Source: a virus
Lineage: Duplodnaviria; Caudoviricetes
Strand: one strand, 5' to 3'
DNA length: 54,447 bases
Virus record (IMG/VR): IMGVR_UViG_3300006735_000044
Span: 1 to 54,447 of that record
Shown here: positions 1-11,328 of the stretch, one piece after another
How the letters are laid out: every line of letters begins with the position of its first letter
Position numbering within the stretch: position 1 is the first letter of the stretch
Made by a program: the position numbers and the translations under genes
Notes under the pieces: model-generated
What the model saw: the letters and a program-made list of their open reading frames with translations, nothing else
Told to the model about the DNA's origin: nothing
Database searches by the model: none

Positions 1-1
1 A

Positions 2-133
2 ACAACTTTTAGTGTTAGTCCTTTAGAGGCTTATCATACTCCCGCAACTTTAGTATCGCAGATGTTAGAGATACATGGTGAAGTTAAAAGAATAGAATCA
101 GAAGAATTTAATAAAGCAAAGAAAGGAAGGTGA
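2..133 (+). CDS. 3' end of probable tail assembly chaperone (partial, runs off the left edge)
   Basis: Open frame TTFSVSPLEAYHTPATLVSQMLEIHGEVKRIESEEFNKAKKGR* immediately upstream of the tape measure gene, the usual position for tail chaperones. Confidence 0.5.
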   Translation, partial: TTFSVSPLEAYHTPATLVSQMLEIHGEVKRIESEEFNKAKKGR

Positions 134-2439
134 TTTTTATGGGTATGACAGATGAGATTACTGAATTAGAAAATTCCTTGAAAGGGATGGATAAGTTATT
201 AGTTCAATCTAGTAAAGATGCTATGGTGTTAAAATCATCATTAAAGGGTATAAACACGTTAGTTAGTGGTAAGAATTATGAGATTATTAGTAGATTCTTG
301 TCAGGAACAGGTGCTTGGAAAGTATTGAATAAAGCAAAAGCAACTGTTCTAACGATGATACAATTAGTTTCTATACAAGAAAGAGCAGCATTACAAGACA
401 ATCTTAGAATGAAAGAAATGGCTAAGATAATCAAAGAAAGAAAAGAACTTCTTAAATTAGAAGCCCAATTTAAAAAAGCCTCTGTAAACATGGATAAAGA
501 GGCAATTGAAAAATTAAAAGAAAAATCAAATGTATTTGCTGCTATCTCTTTAGAGGTTGGGGATGAAAAGGCAATTGCTCAGATATTAAAAAGAATTGGT
601 AAAAGTAAAGGATTATTAGATAAGATATTAGGTAAAGGTAAAGTATCGGGTAAAACCATTGTAGAAGACCCAACAAGTAAAAGCATATTAGAATCAACTT
701 TCCTACAAACTGCGGCACTTACTGCGGGTTTTATGTTAAATCAAAAATTCTTGAAGCAAATGGCTACCTCGTCTACTGAAGTATCCAAGTTTGCAAGTGA
801 ACAAAATGCTAAAATTGCAGAATTAACTAAGGTATTTGGTACGGAAAATAAAGCGTTAAAAGAAGATTTTACCAAAAAAGCAGAATATGAATCTAAACTA
901 TTAGAATATCTAAGTAAAGAAACGGGATATAATCTAACTGATAAAAATATGGTAGGGGGAGGTGCAGGTGAAAAAAGTATTGCGGCAATTCAAGTTACGA
1001 CAGAACAAGCAAAACAAATGCTTGAAGATAATGCAAGATTGTTTGCTAATATATCACTTAATCCGGAAAAATTATTATCTAAAGGGATGGATTATCTTAA
1101 AGAAGTAACAGATTTAGAAGAAGAAAGTTATAAAAATAGAATAGAGGCAATAAAAAAGAATAAAAAAACATTTTCAGCCGCTAATGATTATGTTGATTCA
1201 TTACTAGATAATATAGACCCTACGACAAAAAAGTTTATTTCAGATAAAGAAAGATACAAGAAATTAGCAGATATTGCACCAAGAGAAGGTAGAAGAAATT
1301 ATGAAACGGGTAGATTTCAAAAAGGGGCAGGTAGATTTAGAAAAATAAATCCCGAATTTAAAAAATTAGTAGATGATGCAAAAGCATTACAAGCAACATT
1401 TGATTCTGAAAAATCTAAAAGAAGGGATAAAAGAATATCGGGAATGAAAAGAGCATTTGGTTTTGGTAAAACTGATGAGGAAAAAGAAACAGAGGCTCAA
1501 AAATTTGCTAATAGACGTAAAACATTTAAGAAATTATATCAAAGACCTATACTTAGAATTAGAGAAAGTATTCAAGAAAATGGTGGTGTATTTAGTGCTG
1601 TAAAAGAATGGGCTTTAGATGGTGGTGCTAAATTAGTTGAGTTTACAGGTAAATTATTGATGTTTGCTAAGAAAGCATTTGTAACAATTGGGTTAGCGTT
1701 GTTAACTTTATTCTTATTATATAGAGCATTTAAGAGTGCAGGTGTTAGAGAAAAATTAGGTGAGATTTGGGAACAAACTAAATCCCTATTTACAATGATG
1801 GTATTGCCTTTCTTAGAACTAGTAGCAAGTGGTATAGGAGATATTGTTACAGGATTTCAAGAAGGTAAATTCTTTTTAGTAATAGAAGGGCTATTGAAGA
1901 TTTTAGGTGGTATAGTTATGGCTTCTTTAGCACTATTATCTTTAGCACTTATAGTAGTATTAAAATTAATACACGCAGGTATTATGGGAATTGCGGCTTG
2001 GGTTAAAAAATCTTCAGGTGATACTAAAATGTTAGTTGCAAAGGTTATGTATATTATCGCAGGTATAGCAGTTTTAGCCGCATTTTTCTTTGGTTTACCT
2101 GCGTTAATAGTTGCAGGGATAGCATTAGCAATTGCATATGCGTTTGAAAAATTCTCTTTCTTTGCTGATGGTGGAGTAACAACAGGTGGTTTATCCGTAG
2201 TAGGAGAAAAAGGCCCTGAATTAGTTAAATTACCAACAGGCTCAAGAGTTTATTCTAATGCAGATTCAGGTAAAATGGTAGCGGCTAATGCGGCTAGTTC
2301 AGGAGGCAATACAATTAATGTTCATGTCAATGGTAGAGTTGGTGCTTCTGATACAGAGATACGAGATATAGCAAATAAGGTTGCTAAAGAAATTAATATT
2401 AGAATGAATCAAACAAGTTCAACGGTGAGTATGGTATGA
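130..2439 (+). CDS. Tail tape measure protein (likely start ATG 139)
   Basis: Long helical K/E/A-rich protein with several hydrophobic segments and the C-terminal FADGGxxxGxxxVGEKGPELV motif typical of tape measure proteins; GGTGA SD before ATG 139. Confidence 0.8.
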   Translation: MIFMGMTDEITELENSLKGMDKLLVQSSKDAMVLKSSLKGINTLVSGKNYEIISRFLSGTGAWKVLNKAKATVLTMIQLVSIQERAALQDNLRMKEMAKIIKERKELLKLEAQFKKASVNMDKEAIEKLKEKSNVFAAISLEVGDEKAIAQILKRIGKSKGLLDKILGKGKVSGKTIVEDPTSKSILESTFLQTAALTAGFMLNQKFLKQMATSSTEVSKFASEQNAKIAELTKVFGTENKALKEDFTKKAEYESKLLEYLSKETGYNLTDKNMVGGGAGEKSIAAIQVTTEQAKQMLEDNARLFANISLNPEKLLSKGMDYLKEVTDLEEESYKNRIEAIKKNKKTFSAANDYVDSLLDNIDPTTKKFISDKERYKKLADIAPREGRRNYETGRFQKGAGRFRKINPEFKKLVDDAKALQATFDSEKSKRRDKRISGMKRAFGFGKTDEEKETEAQKFANRRKTFKKLYQRPILRIRESIQENGGVFSAVKEWALDGGAKLVEFTGKLLMFAKKAFVTIGLALLTLFLLYRAFKSAGVREKLGEIWEQTKSLFTMMVLPFLELVASGIGDIVTGFQEGKFFLVIEGLLKILGGIVMASLALLSLALIVVLKLIHAGIMGIAAWVKKSSGDTKMLVAKVMYIIAGIAVLAAFFFGLPALIVAGIALAIAYAFEKFSFFADGGVTTGGLSVVGEKGPELVKLPTGSRVYSNADSGKMVAANAASSGGNTINVHVNGRVGASDTEIRDIANKVAKEINIRMNQTSSTVSMV

Positions 2440-3155
2440 CAGAATTAACAGTATTTTTAGAATTAGCAAGACGTTCTGATGTTAGTGGAACGAATAGCCA
2501 CGTTAATAGAATACCACTATATGTAACAGAATTATCATTTAATACAAATAAAACTGTGCCTAATATTGGTATTCCCTTTTCAGGAGCAATAAGAGGTGAA
2601 TCTACAAATCTAGCATTTGATATGGGACTCGCACAAAAAACTGTAAGTATAACAGGTGTATTATTAGAACAAGAAATTGTGAAGAATAATAAAGAAGGAG
2701 ATAATAAAACAGTCACATTTACTCCCTACGAATTAGCACAATTAATTCATTCTTATACTGACTCAAGTAGTTTTCAAGATGACCAAAATGTAAACAAATT
2801 ATTAGTATTTTATCCTAGTAAAGTAGATAATAGTTTTAATCAAAGATTAGTAGATAAGGCAGGTAATTCTATTAGTGCCGCACAAATGGCAGCATTGGAT
2901 ATTGGTGATGCACCGTTAATACCATGGAATTGGAAAAATAGAGCATATGATAATACATTTACTGCGGGAAGTGGTAATACAATTGATTCGCCTTCTACTA
3001 CTTTTGATATAGTAAACAAGACTAGTAATCATATTGGTCTTGGTGGATTTATACGTTCATTCAGTACTACCTTTTCAGGAGCAGAATATCCTAGTGTATC
3101 TTTTACTATGGAGTTTGAAGAAGCAACGGTTATTGCGGATAATTTCTTTGATTGA
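2436..3155 (+). CDS. Putative distal tail / tail-tube-like baseplate protein
   Basis: Follows tape measure with ATGA overlap; beta-rich (KTVSITGVL ... GFIRSFSTTF ... VSFTMEFEEA); function inferred from position. Confidence 0.5.
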   Translation: MTELTVFLELARRSDVSGTNSHVNRIPLYVTELSFNTNKTVPNIGIPFSGAIRGESTNLAFDMGLAQKTVSITGVLLEQEIVKNNKEGDNKTVTFTPYELAQLIHSYTDSSSFQDDQNVNKLLVFYPSKVDNSFNQRLVDKAGNSISAAQMAALDIGDAPLIPWNWKNRAYDNTFTAGSGNTIDSPSTTFDIVNKTSNHIGLGGFIRSFSTTFSGAEYPSVSFTMEFEEATVIADNFFD

Positions 3156-4228
3156 TTGGGGGTGTAAAAATAGCAAACGTATATGTTGGAGACTCAAGAA
3201 AATTAGTTTTTCCTGTTATGTGTGATGGATATTTAAAAATAGAATATGATGATACTAACACAAATGCATCTAAAGGCAATCTTTGGAATCATAATGGTAG
3301 TTTTGTTTTTGAAACTATTATCACACCTTATGACGTTAATGGATTTGGTCACGCAACAGATAGTACAAAAGATACATTAGACTCAACTAAAACTCCACCA
3401 TGCCCTGCTACTAGTGATTCACTTGCCAACTTTGAGAGTGGTGCATACTTTGGTACTTCTCGATTTTCACATAAAATGATGTTATTTTATAACGGACATT
3501 TTCAAGTGTATTTAGAAAATACAACTGCTCATAATTTTAATCAACCCGCAGAATATAAGATAGTAGTTAAATTAGCAAATACTGCATCAGGTTCTCCTGT
3601 TTATTATGACCCAATAGAAACAGGAACAGTAATAAAATCAATAAACACTCTTCATGGATACTATGACGTAAATGGATATTATGATGGGAATAATACAAGT
3701 TTAACTAAGTTACAAGGGGATACTACAAATTCTAGTGGTAATCAAATTGTTTTTCCTAATGGGGCGGCCAATGTAGCAAAATTAACAGATGGTTCAGAAC
3801 TGTTCAATAGTAATGGGGTTAGTTTAGGTGTAGTTACAGAAAAGAATAATACAACTACTGTTTCAGTTGCAGATGCTTCTAATCATACAGCAGCAATATA
3901 TGTTTCTCAACCTAAAGAAGCATTCTATGTAGAACAGTTATACAAAATATCTTGTGTATTTAACAAAGGTGGTAGTGTAGATATATATCTAAATAATTCT
4001 TTAATTAAATCTGAAAAGTTTTCTAGTGAACCTACATTTGCATTCAAAGCCGATGATGTTTTTATAGGGCAAAAGGGTGATGAAGCATCAGGTGCAAGAG
4101 AACATTTTCAATTCATGGGGGAGTTATATGAAGTATCTTTATCTAAAGGTAGTCAACCTTCCCAGTCATTAAATACATTATCTCCTAGTTATAGCAATAT
4201 ACTATTCTATTATACATTTGGTGAGTAA
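3152..4228 (+). CDS. Virion protein with LamG/concanavalin A-like domain
   Basis: FVFETIITP ... ISCVF ... VDIYLN ... VFIGQ ... FMGELYEV pattern of LamG-like folds, with an insertion; within tail module. Confidence 0.6.
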   Translation: MIGGVKIANVYVGDSRKLVFPVMCDGYLKIEYDDTNTNASKGNLWNHNGSFVFETIITPYDVNGFGHATDSTKDTLDSTKTPPCPATSDSLANFESGAYFGTSRFSHKMMLFYNGHFQVYLENTTAHNFNQPAEYKIVVKLANTASGSPVYYDPIETGTVIKSINTLHGYYDVNGYYDGNNTSLTKLQGDTTNSSGNQIVFPNGAANVAKLTDGSELFNSNGVSLGVVTEKNNTTTVSVADASNHTAAIYVSQPKEAFYVEQLYKISCVFNKGGSVDIYLNNSLIKSEKFSSEPTFAFKADDVFIGQKGDEASGAREHFQFMGELYEVSLSKGSQPSQSLNTLSPSYSNILFYYTFGE

Positions 4229-7200
4229 ATGGCTAGAGAGAGAATGATATTTCCATTGAATGCAGGAGTGGTGGAGTCTACTTTTGAAGGATTATTAAGT
4301 GGTATTAGTGGTCAATATTATACTGTTAGGGGTAGTAATTCTGATATTAGAGGTAATGCATACAAAGATGTTTCAGTTAATCCTGTATTATTAGCATTAG
4401 GATTACAAGAAGAAACCGCTTATCCTAACACAACTCCGCCTGTTGATAGTAATGGTGATGCTGTTCCAGTATCATCTGCAATGTTTACAGAAATAAGAAA
4501 AGGCCCACATACAGATGGAATATCAGTACAATGTGCTAGTAGTATTCAAAATAGATTATTACCAACTGCTTCCACTTCCCTATCTACTTACGCTACAAAT
4601 AAAGAAAATACTCCATCATATAAAGTTAAAATTTATGACTCTACTAAAACAAATACATCTACAAACAGAAAGGCTACTTACTCTACTGTTTCAGATTGCC
4701 CTGACAGTAATATTGGATTAGATATAGAGAATAGAGACTACTTTATTTTATTAAATCCTGAAATATATGACCATACTACAAGAGAAGATACAGTAAGACC
4801 ACACTTTGCTAGAATAACTAGAATTACTACTTTTGATGAGTTTGGTGATGGGGTTGAGTTTGAGCCTAAATATACAGGAGAAATTGCTAAAGGGACTAAG
4901 TTTGAAATATACAAAGGGCCACATAAAACTACTGATAGTGATGTAGTAGCAGTTAGTTACGGTCTTAGAGGCGATACTGATGCTTCAACTAATAAATATG
5001 ATAAGATAAGTATAGTTAATACTCCTACATTTTATTTTTACAATGATAGGTTAGAAGTAAAGAATCAACTAGATTATAATGAAAAATATACTTTAACTTC
5101 TGTTAGATATTGGGGTACAGGGACAAATTATCAATTTAATATAGATGCAGTTGTAGCGACAGGTGATACTAAAATTTCACAGTATGAGGAAGGTAATCTA
5201 AGTAACAGATTTTTAAAAGCCCCTAGTGCAGAATTAACCAAATTAGTTGTTGGGACTTCTTTATTCCGAGTATCTGATGGTAAGTATTTAGGTAATATAA
5301 ATAGTACTCAAAATGCGATATATACAAAGATAGTATTAGATTACGCTAGAATTGATTTACCTGCTACAACTACTGCTTTTGCTGTCACAACAGGCACAAC
5401 TATACAGAATGTGGTGTTTAAAACAGAAAGAAAATATGGAAATACTATACAGAATTTAGGTAGAAGTAAATTAGATGCTGTATTAGTTGATAATAATATG
5501 GTTACAGATGACGCTGATAGTAATATAGACCCTATATTTTGGCATAAAACATTTCCTAAAATGAAAAGACATACTGAAGATAGTAGTAGTGTAAATACTA
5601 ATACTATTGATGGTAAAATGAATGGTCCTGCTAAATATATAACATGGGAAAGTGCTGAACTTAAAAACGATAAATTACCTGTTGTAATGGATACCGTAGT
5701 TAATAGTCCTAGAAATAAACTATCTAAATTAGCAAGAGTTAAGGGATTAGATAATGCAGGTATTCAACATCTTAAATATAAAGAAGAAGATAAGTTAGTA
5801 GTTAGAAATGGTATCTATTCTAATAATCTAGATATGCAATTATTATTTCATAAAGTAACTACTAATTCTACTCAATTAGAGTTCAATAATAAATCTAATG
5901 ATAATGCTGATACAGGCTGGAAATATGATTACTCTGCTATATTAGGAGCAGATTCAATTATTTTAATAGGTGATTATTATTATAGAGTAAATGCAATAGA
6001 TGCTAAGGCCGATGGGGTTAATCAAAAGTTTAGTGTTTCGCATAAGCGGTTAAAAACTGCATCAACATGGACTCAAGACTCTACTCCTCCAACTGTAAGT
6101 TCTGCTGATATTTATGCTTCTGTATATTCTAACTCTAAATTAATTACAGGGTTTTCAGCAGATACAGAAATTATAACTAGCCAAAATAATAGAATCACAA
6201 TGGATAACCATACTGTTTCAAAAGAATCTACTAAATTATATAATTCTAGAGTATATATTAATGGATTTAAAGGACATGATATTAAGGTAGAATATGGTGA
6301 TAGAAATTTAAAATATCTTTCATTGCAGTCGGCTACCGATAAATATTATCAGAAAACACCTAAAGATAGAGTATATTATTATGGTGGTAGTTATACTTTA
6401 CATGAAGAAGTATTTACAGGAAAAATAGAAGATATAACTTCATCCATGGAAAATGGTATGTTGTATTATGATATAGTAGGAAGAGACAATACATCAAGTT
6501 TATTGGGTAATACATTTACTAAAAATTTAAATTATTCAAATGATATAGTTAAATCTACTTTGAATCCAAGTTTAGTTTTAACTGAAGTTTCAGGTGGTTC
6601 TACTGATATAGATACTGATATAACTAGTACTACTGTTGGTGTTAATGGTTCGGTGTCGTTTGGTAAATATACATTATTATTCGATTCTAATAAACAATTG
6701 ATTGGTGAAGTTAGCAGTACAGAATTTCTAGGTGGGTTTAATAGAACATCAATAACTTTGTTAGATAAAGCATATATTGGTATAGAAAGTGGAAATAAAT
6801 ATTACTATTATAATCCTTTTAGTGCAGTTAACTTTATTTCTTTAAACAAAGCAATGGGTGCTAATACCCTAATGAATAAACATCCTACTGATTTAAATGG
6901 GGCTAGCGATGTAGGTATTACTTTTGAAAAAGGTCTATCTTTTGATAGTACACTTGCGACTACAAATTTAAACTTGTCATCTAATGTAGGTGATAAATCA
7001 CAACTAGGATATGATGTTAATTCTGTTAAATCTATTAGTGATTTTGATTCTGAATTTTTATTAAAATTAGCAAATGAACAAGATGATTATATAACACATA
7101 TCACTAAATCTATTCAGTCCTCTAATTATCTATCAGTAGTAAATGTGGTAGAATCAGAAACTAATAATACTGTAATAGAAGTTTCTTCACAATTCCCTAT

Positions 7201-10200
7201 GGCTCTAGGATTAATAGACGATAATAAGGATGATACTAGATTAAAAACAGGGAATGATGCTCCGACAGATGCTAATACCCATTTTAAGAATGCTAGTATG
7301 TATTTAGTTAACACTAATATACCTAAAGGGGGTTATTTGCATAGGTTAAATAATACTTTTAATAATTTTTATACTTCTAAAGATATTTTTAGATACATGG
7401 ATTTACAAAAATTTGATGCAGGTACTATTCGTAAAATAGGTGAACACCCTAGTTTCCAAGATGTAGATAGTATCTATTTAAATGGAAAACTTCCTAGTAA
7501 GATAAGTGGCTACACTTTATCACATAATATAACTTTAGAAGGAGTAGATAAAGATGCAGTTATATCTAGTAATAATAACTTAATTCAGTTATTTACTGAA
7601 ACAGGGACTACTAATAGCATATATACGTCAAATGCATTAAACGCATACAATACTAATAATCTTGGGTTATTTCCGGCAAGAGATGGATATTGGGAAGAAA
7701 ACGCTTTAAGTTCCGCTACTGTTGCAGAAATAACAAATTTAACTACTGAAGGTCAGAAATTTATTCAAAGAGATTATAGAACTAGAACATATGAATTGTT
7801 TGCACTAGGAGATTTATTTCCAGATTCTTATTTAAGATATAATCATATATCCCATAATTCTATCAATTCTCCCATTAAAGAATATGGTCTATTATTAGAA
7901 GGAGAAGGGACTAAAGGAACTCAAGTAGAACATAGTGGCTATACAGGTAAAACATCATCTCAAGAAATGCAAGATAAAGATTATGACATGACTACTATTA
8001 TAGATTCTAACATAACTAATACTAAAGATTTAATGCGTTGGGGAGTAATTAGATTGACAGAAGCAACATTTGATTGGCACTTTAATCCAGTGGACTCGGA
8101 TGCATTGAAAGATAGAAGTGAAATACCTAGAGTACCTATTTTAGAATTACGAAGATTTACAAATAAAGAGCCTACTGTTTCTTGGTCTAACGGTGTGAAT
8201 GCTCCTGATTTTGATTTATTATTAGCATCAGATGATTATTTATACAGTCTTGGTGATACAGATACTTATGGTAGTGCTAATAGTGGAATTAATTTTACAT
8301 TAGTACATTTTGTTTCTCCTAATCTAGCATTAACTATTGATGATAAATTATATTTTTCTTATAATTCGTTAATGAAAACCATCACAAATAACAATGTTAC
8401 AACCATGAATAGTCAGTTTGAACCTCATAATATATTTCTTCCTGTGTTTTCAGAAACAAGAACACCTAATAATCCCGACTTAAAAGATGATGTTCATTCA
8501 GGTGTTCACTATGGTATAGTACATTCTTCAACCCCTGCTAGTTCTGTTGATGGTACAGTAACCAACAATGTTCATAGTGGGTCTATGTACCACACTTCAA
8601 AGGTATTATCAGCATTATCTGTCCCTAATCTTACAGGTACTAATGGTATTCCTAACCCTAGTCATTATTATGCTGATTTCCCATCTAAAACTATTTATGA
8701 TAATTGTATTGCTGTATTTAGAAATATAAAAAATATTACTGAAAAAGACGAATCTAATTCATATGATTTTGATTCTAGTTGCAAACTTACAATTGATAAT
8801 GATTATACTACACAAAATGTAGACGTTACATTAACTACACAAAATCAACATAATAAAAATATGCTACTAAGAAAAAATCAATATATTGGTGCAGATAATA
8901 CAACCAATACCTATCCTTATGTAGGGACTCTTGGTAGGGGGGCTGTATTTGTCGGTATGAAAAGTGAACATTACCCTTTAATAAATGGGTCTAAAAAATT
9001 AAATAATGCACCTAAATATACTAATCACTCATCAACTTCTACTATCGCTACTGATGCTAAAACTACGCATATAGAACAGTCAGGTGGTAATGAATATGGA
9101 AAAGCGTTTGCCGCACAGATGTTAATTAAACCACAATTTAATATTATTGCAGAGGATTATAGTAGTAGTCCTACTGTAATTACTAGGAGAATGGATAGTG
9201 CTTCTACACATCATTGGTTACATTACATGGTAGATTTAACAGGTCAATATATAGTTGGGCCAAATATAACTGCAAAAGGTACTCCCTCATATATTGGTAA
9301 AATAATTAGCCATACAAAAAAAGTAACTACTGTTAATTCAAGAGATGAATGGGAACATACAATTACTTTCGATAAAGATTTGAGTGCTACTGGTACATAT
9401 AGATTAATGAGAATATCAGAAACTACATTCGATGAAACACCTGACTTCTTTGAAATTAATGTAATGGATGATTCAGGACTACAACACGACAAAATATTTG
9501 CTGATTTCAGAACAGGAGATACAGAAGGAGACAGTAAATCTACAAATTCAGAGGGAGTATATTCTATGAATATGTTATTAGAATTAGATACCGCCAATAC
9601 TTACTTAGAAAGAAGAGTATTTACTAATATGGATATGTTTACTAATGGAGAAGAAATAGATACTTACATTACGGATGGAATCAATACCCAAAGAAAATCT
9701 TTATCGGTAACAAAATCAAATAATGAGTTAAAGTTTGAATATGATGGTAAGATTTCAGCAAATGGTTGCGTTTCTTTCGGTAAAGTAATCAATTTGACTC
9801 TTCCTAAGAAGTTAAACATCACTCCTAAGAATGCATTTTTAGGAACTACTGTTAGATTAGGCAGTAAAGTTGATAATGTTCTTGAAGAAATTGCTAAAGA
9901 ATCGGGTTTAGATTTAAATATTGAAGAAAGTTTGAAAGAATATACCGATTTAATTGTGAAAAGTAATTATTCTAGTGGAAATGAAGTCACTTTAAGTAGT
10001 AGTCCAGTAAATGTAGCCATCAATGATGTAATATATAACCAAGATGGCTATCTAATTGGTAAAATTACGGCTAAAAATACTACTAGTGGTGCATTTTCAG
10101 TGACCTTTGGAGGAGGAATAGTATTTACACCTTCACCCTTCGATGAACTGACTAAAAGAAATAAAAATACATTTGTCACGAATGTTAAATTTGAATCCGT

Positions 10201-10984
10201 AGATTCTTTTAGTGCAATCAACTATTTGGCTAACTTAAAAGATTTAGATTTTAAAATTAAAAATAATGCTATAATTACTAGAAATTTATCTAGTCCATAT
10301 GCTTTAAGAAAATATCATGTATCATATAGCAAAAATAATAATTTAATACGTGTACAATCTAATAAAACACTATTCGATAAAAAGACCAAAGTAATAGTTG
10401 TCGGAGATGGTGTAAAAGCAGAAATGGAATTACCAACTAATAATACTCCACAAGTATTACGTCATGTAGATGCTTCTATTAAAACTCCTGACGAAGCAAA
10501 AATAAAAGCATTAAAGTTATTAAATCATCACAATAAAGATGTAAGGAAAATAAAATTAGTTCTACAAAAGAAAGGAATAGAACTTTTAGAGGCGGGAGAT
10601 ATTATATCTTTAGATTTCCCTAATCAACAAATACCTAGAGATGATTATATGGTTTTTGATATAGAAAATGTTTTATCAGGAACAGCAGAAATTACAGTAG
10701 GTACATTTGATAAATCAATTGCAGAAAGACTATCTGAAATTAATTTAGAACAACAGAATGCTAACTTTACATTATTTACTAAAAATGTAACTGAAAATGT
10801 TGTTGGTAAGGCATTATTTGATGAAATAAAAATTAATAATAACCTTATTAAATATGAAATCAAATCAACTTCTGATAGTACTACTATGGGGGTAGATTTA
10901 ATTCTCGGATTCGGAAATACTTTAGGCTTTGGGGAAACAAGTACAACTACTAATACCACATATGAGAGTGAAAAGGATGTGTAA
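4229..10984 (+). CDS. Large baseplate hub / central tail protein (2251 aa)
   Basis: Hub-like segments (VFTGKIEDI...YDIVGRD; C-terminal LEAGDIISLDFP...ITVG), S/T/N-rich, in tail gene order. Confidence 0.6.
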   Translation: MARERMIFPLNAGVVESTFEGLLSGISGQYYTVRGSNSDIRGNAYKDVSVNPVLLALGLQEETAYPNTTPPVDSNGDAVPVSSAMFTEIRKGPHTDGISVQCASSIQNRLLPTASTSLSTYATNKENTPSYKVKIYDSTKTNTSTNRKATYSTVSDCPDSNIGLDIENRDYFILLNPEIYDHTTREDTVRPHFARITRITTFDEFGDGVEFEPKYTGEIAKGTKFEIYKGPHKTTDSDVVAVSYGLRGDTDASTNKYDKISIVNTPTFYFYNDRLEVKNQLDYNEKYTLTSVRYWGTGTNYQFNIDAVVATGDTKISQYEEGNLSNRFLKAPSAELTKLVVGTSLFRVSDGKYLGNINSTQNAIYTKIVLDYARIDLPATTTAFAVTTGTTIQNVVFKTERKYGNTIQNLGRSKLDAVLVDNNMVTDDADSNIDPIFWHKTFPKMKRHTEDSSSVNTNTIDGKMNGPAKYITWESAELKNDKLPVVMDTVVNSPRNKLSKLARVKGLDNAGIQHLKYKEEDKLVVRNGIYSNNLDMQLLFHKVTTNSTQLEFNNKSNDNADTGWKYDYSAILGADSIILIGDYYYRVNAIDAKADGVNQKFSVSHKRLKTASTWTQDSTPPTVSSADIYASVYSNSKLITGFSADTEIITSQNNRITMDNHTVSKESTKLYNSRVYINGFKGHDIKVEYGDRNLKYLSLQSATDKYYQKTPKDRVYYYGGSYTLHEEVFTGKIEDITSSMENGMLYYDIVGRDNTSSLLGNTFTKNLNYSNDIVKSTLNPSLVLTEVSGGSTDIDTDITSTTVGVNGSVSFGKYTLLFDSNKQLIGEVSSTEFLGGFNRTSITLLDKAYIGIESGNKYYYYNPFSAVNFISLNKAMGANTLMNKHPTDLNGASDVGITFEKGLSFDSTLATTNLNLSSNVGDKSQLGYDVNSVKSISDFDSEFLLKLANEQDDYITHITKSIQSSNYLSVVNVVESETNNTVIEVSSQFPMALGLIDDNKDDTRLKTGNDAPTDANTHFKNASMYLVNTNIPKGGYLHRLNNTFNNFYTSKDIFRYMDLQKFDAGTIRKIGEHPSFQDVDSIYLNGKLPSKISGYTLSHNITLEGVDKDAVISSNNNLIQLFTETGTTNSIYTSNALNAYNTNNLGLFPARDGYWEENALSSATVAEITNLTTEGQKFIQRDYRTRTYELFALGDLFPDSYLRYNHISHNSINSPIKEYGLLLEGEGTKGTQVEHSGYTGKTSSQEMQDKDYDMTTIIDSNITNTKDLMRWGVIRLTEATFDWHFNPVDSDALKDRSEIPRVPILELRRFTNKEPTVSWSNGVNAPDFDLLLASDDYLYSLGDTDTYGSANSGINFTLVHFVSPNLALTIDDKLYFSYNSLMKTITNNNVTTMNSQFEPHNIFLPVFSETRTPNNPDLKDDVHSGVHYGIVHSSTPASSVDGTVTNNVHSGSMYHTSKVLSALSVPNLTGTNGIPNPSHYYADFPSKTIYDNCIAVFRNIKNITEKDESNSYDFDSSCKLTIDNDYTTQNVDVTLTTQNQHNKNMLLRKNQYIGADNTTNTYPYVGTLGRGAVFVGMKSEHYPLINGSKKLNNAPKYTNHSSTSTIATDAKTTHIEQSGGNEYGKAFAAQMLIKPQFNIIAEDYSSSPTVITRRMDSASTHHWLHYMVDLTGQYIVGPNITAKGTPSYIGKIISHTKKVTTVNSRDEWEHTITFDKDLSATGTYRLMRISETTFDETPDFFEINVMDDSGLQHDKIFADFRTGDTEGDSKSTNSEGVYSMNMLLELDTANTYLERRVFTNMDMFTNGEEIDTYITDGINTQRKSLSVTKSNNELKFEYDGKISANGCVSFGKVINLTLPKKLNITPKNAFLGTTVRLGSKVDNVLEEIAKESGLDLNIEESLKEYTDLIVKSNYSSGNEVTLSSSPVNVAINDVIYNQDGYLIGKITAKNTTSGAFSVTFGGGIVFTPSPFDELTKRNKNTFVTNVKFESVDSFSAINYLANLKDLDFKIKNNAIITRNLSSPYALRKYHVSYSKNNNLIRVQSNKTLFDKKTKVIVVGDGVKAEMELPTNNTPQVLRHVDASIKTPDEAKIKALKLLNHHNKDVRKIKLVLQKKGIELLEAGDIISLDFPNQQIPRDDYMVFDIENVLSGTAEITVGTFDKSIAERLSEINLEQQNANFTLFTKNVTENVVGKALFDEIKINNNLIKYEIKSTSDSTTMGVDLILGFGNTLGFGETSTTTNTTYESEKDV

Positions 10985-10986
10985 TA

Positions 10987-11328
10987 ATGATAACTAATGG
11001 CGCAAAAGAAGATATAGCAACTAATTATATTGCTAGTAATTATACTTTAATTAAGATAGGTGATGGTGCAGATAGTACATCTGCTTCACAAACTAGTTTA
11101 GACCATTTTGTAGCAGAAAAAGCGAGTATAACTCCTACGGTTGTGGGTTCTACTTTAGTATGGAATGTAGATTTTTTGGGTTCTGATATTCCTTCTTCCG
11201 GTATTTCAGAATTAGGAGTTTTCAAAAGTGACGGAAGTAAGTTATTAAGTCGGGTTACATTTACAAGCACAGGCGTTGTAGCGGCTAGTGATACAGTTAC
11301 TTTTACAATAAGGATTGAGGTGAATTAG
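10987..11328 (+). CDS. Small tail fibre attachment / baseplate protein
   Basis: IKIGDG...SELGVF...LLSRVTF pattern resembling tail-collar/fibre anchor domains; lies between hub and fibre. Confidence 0.55.
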   Translation: MITNGAKEDIATNYIASNYTLIKIGDGADSTSASQTSLDHFVAEKASITPTVVGSTLVWNVDFLGSDIPSSGISELGVFKSDGSKLLSRVTFTSTGVVAASDTVTFTIRIEVN

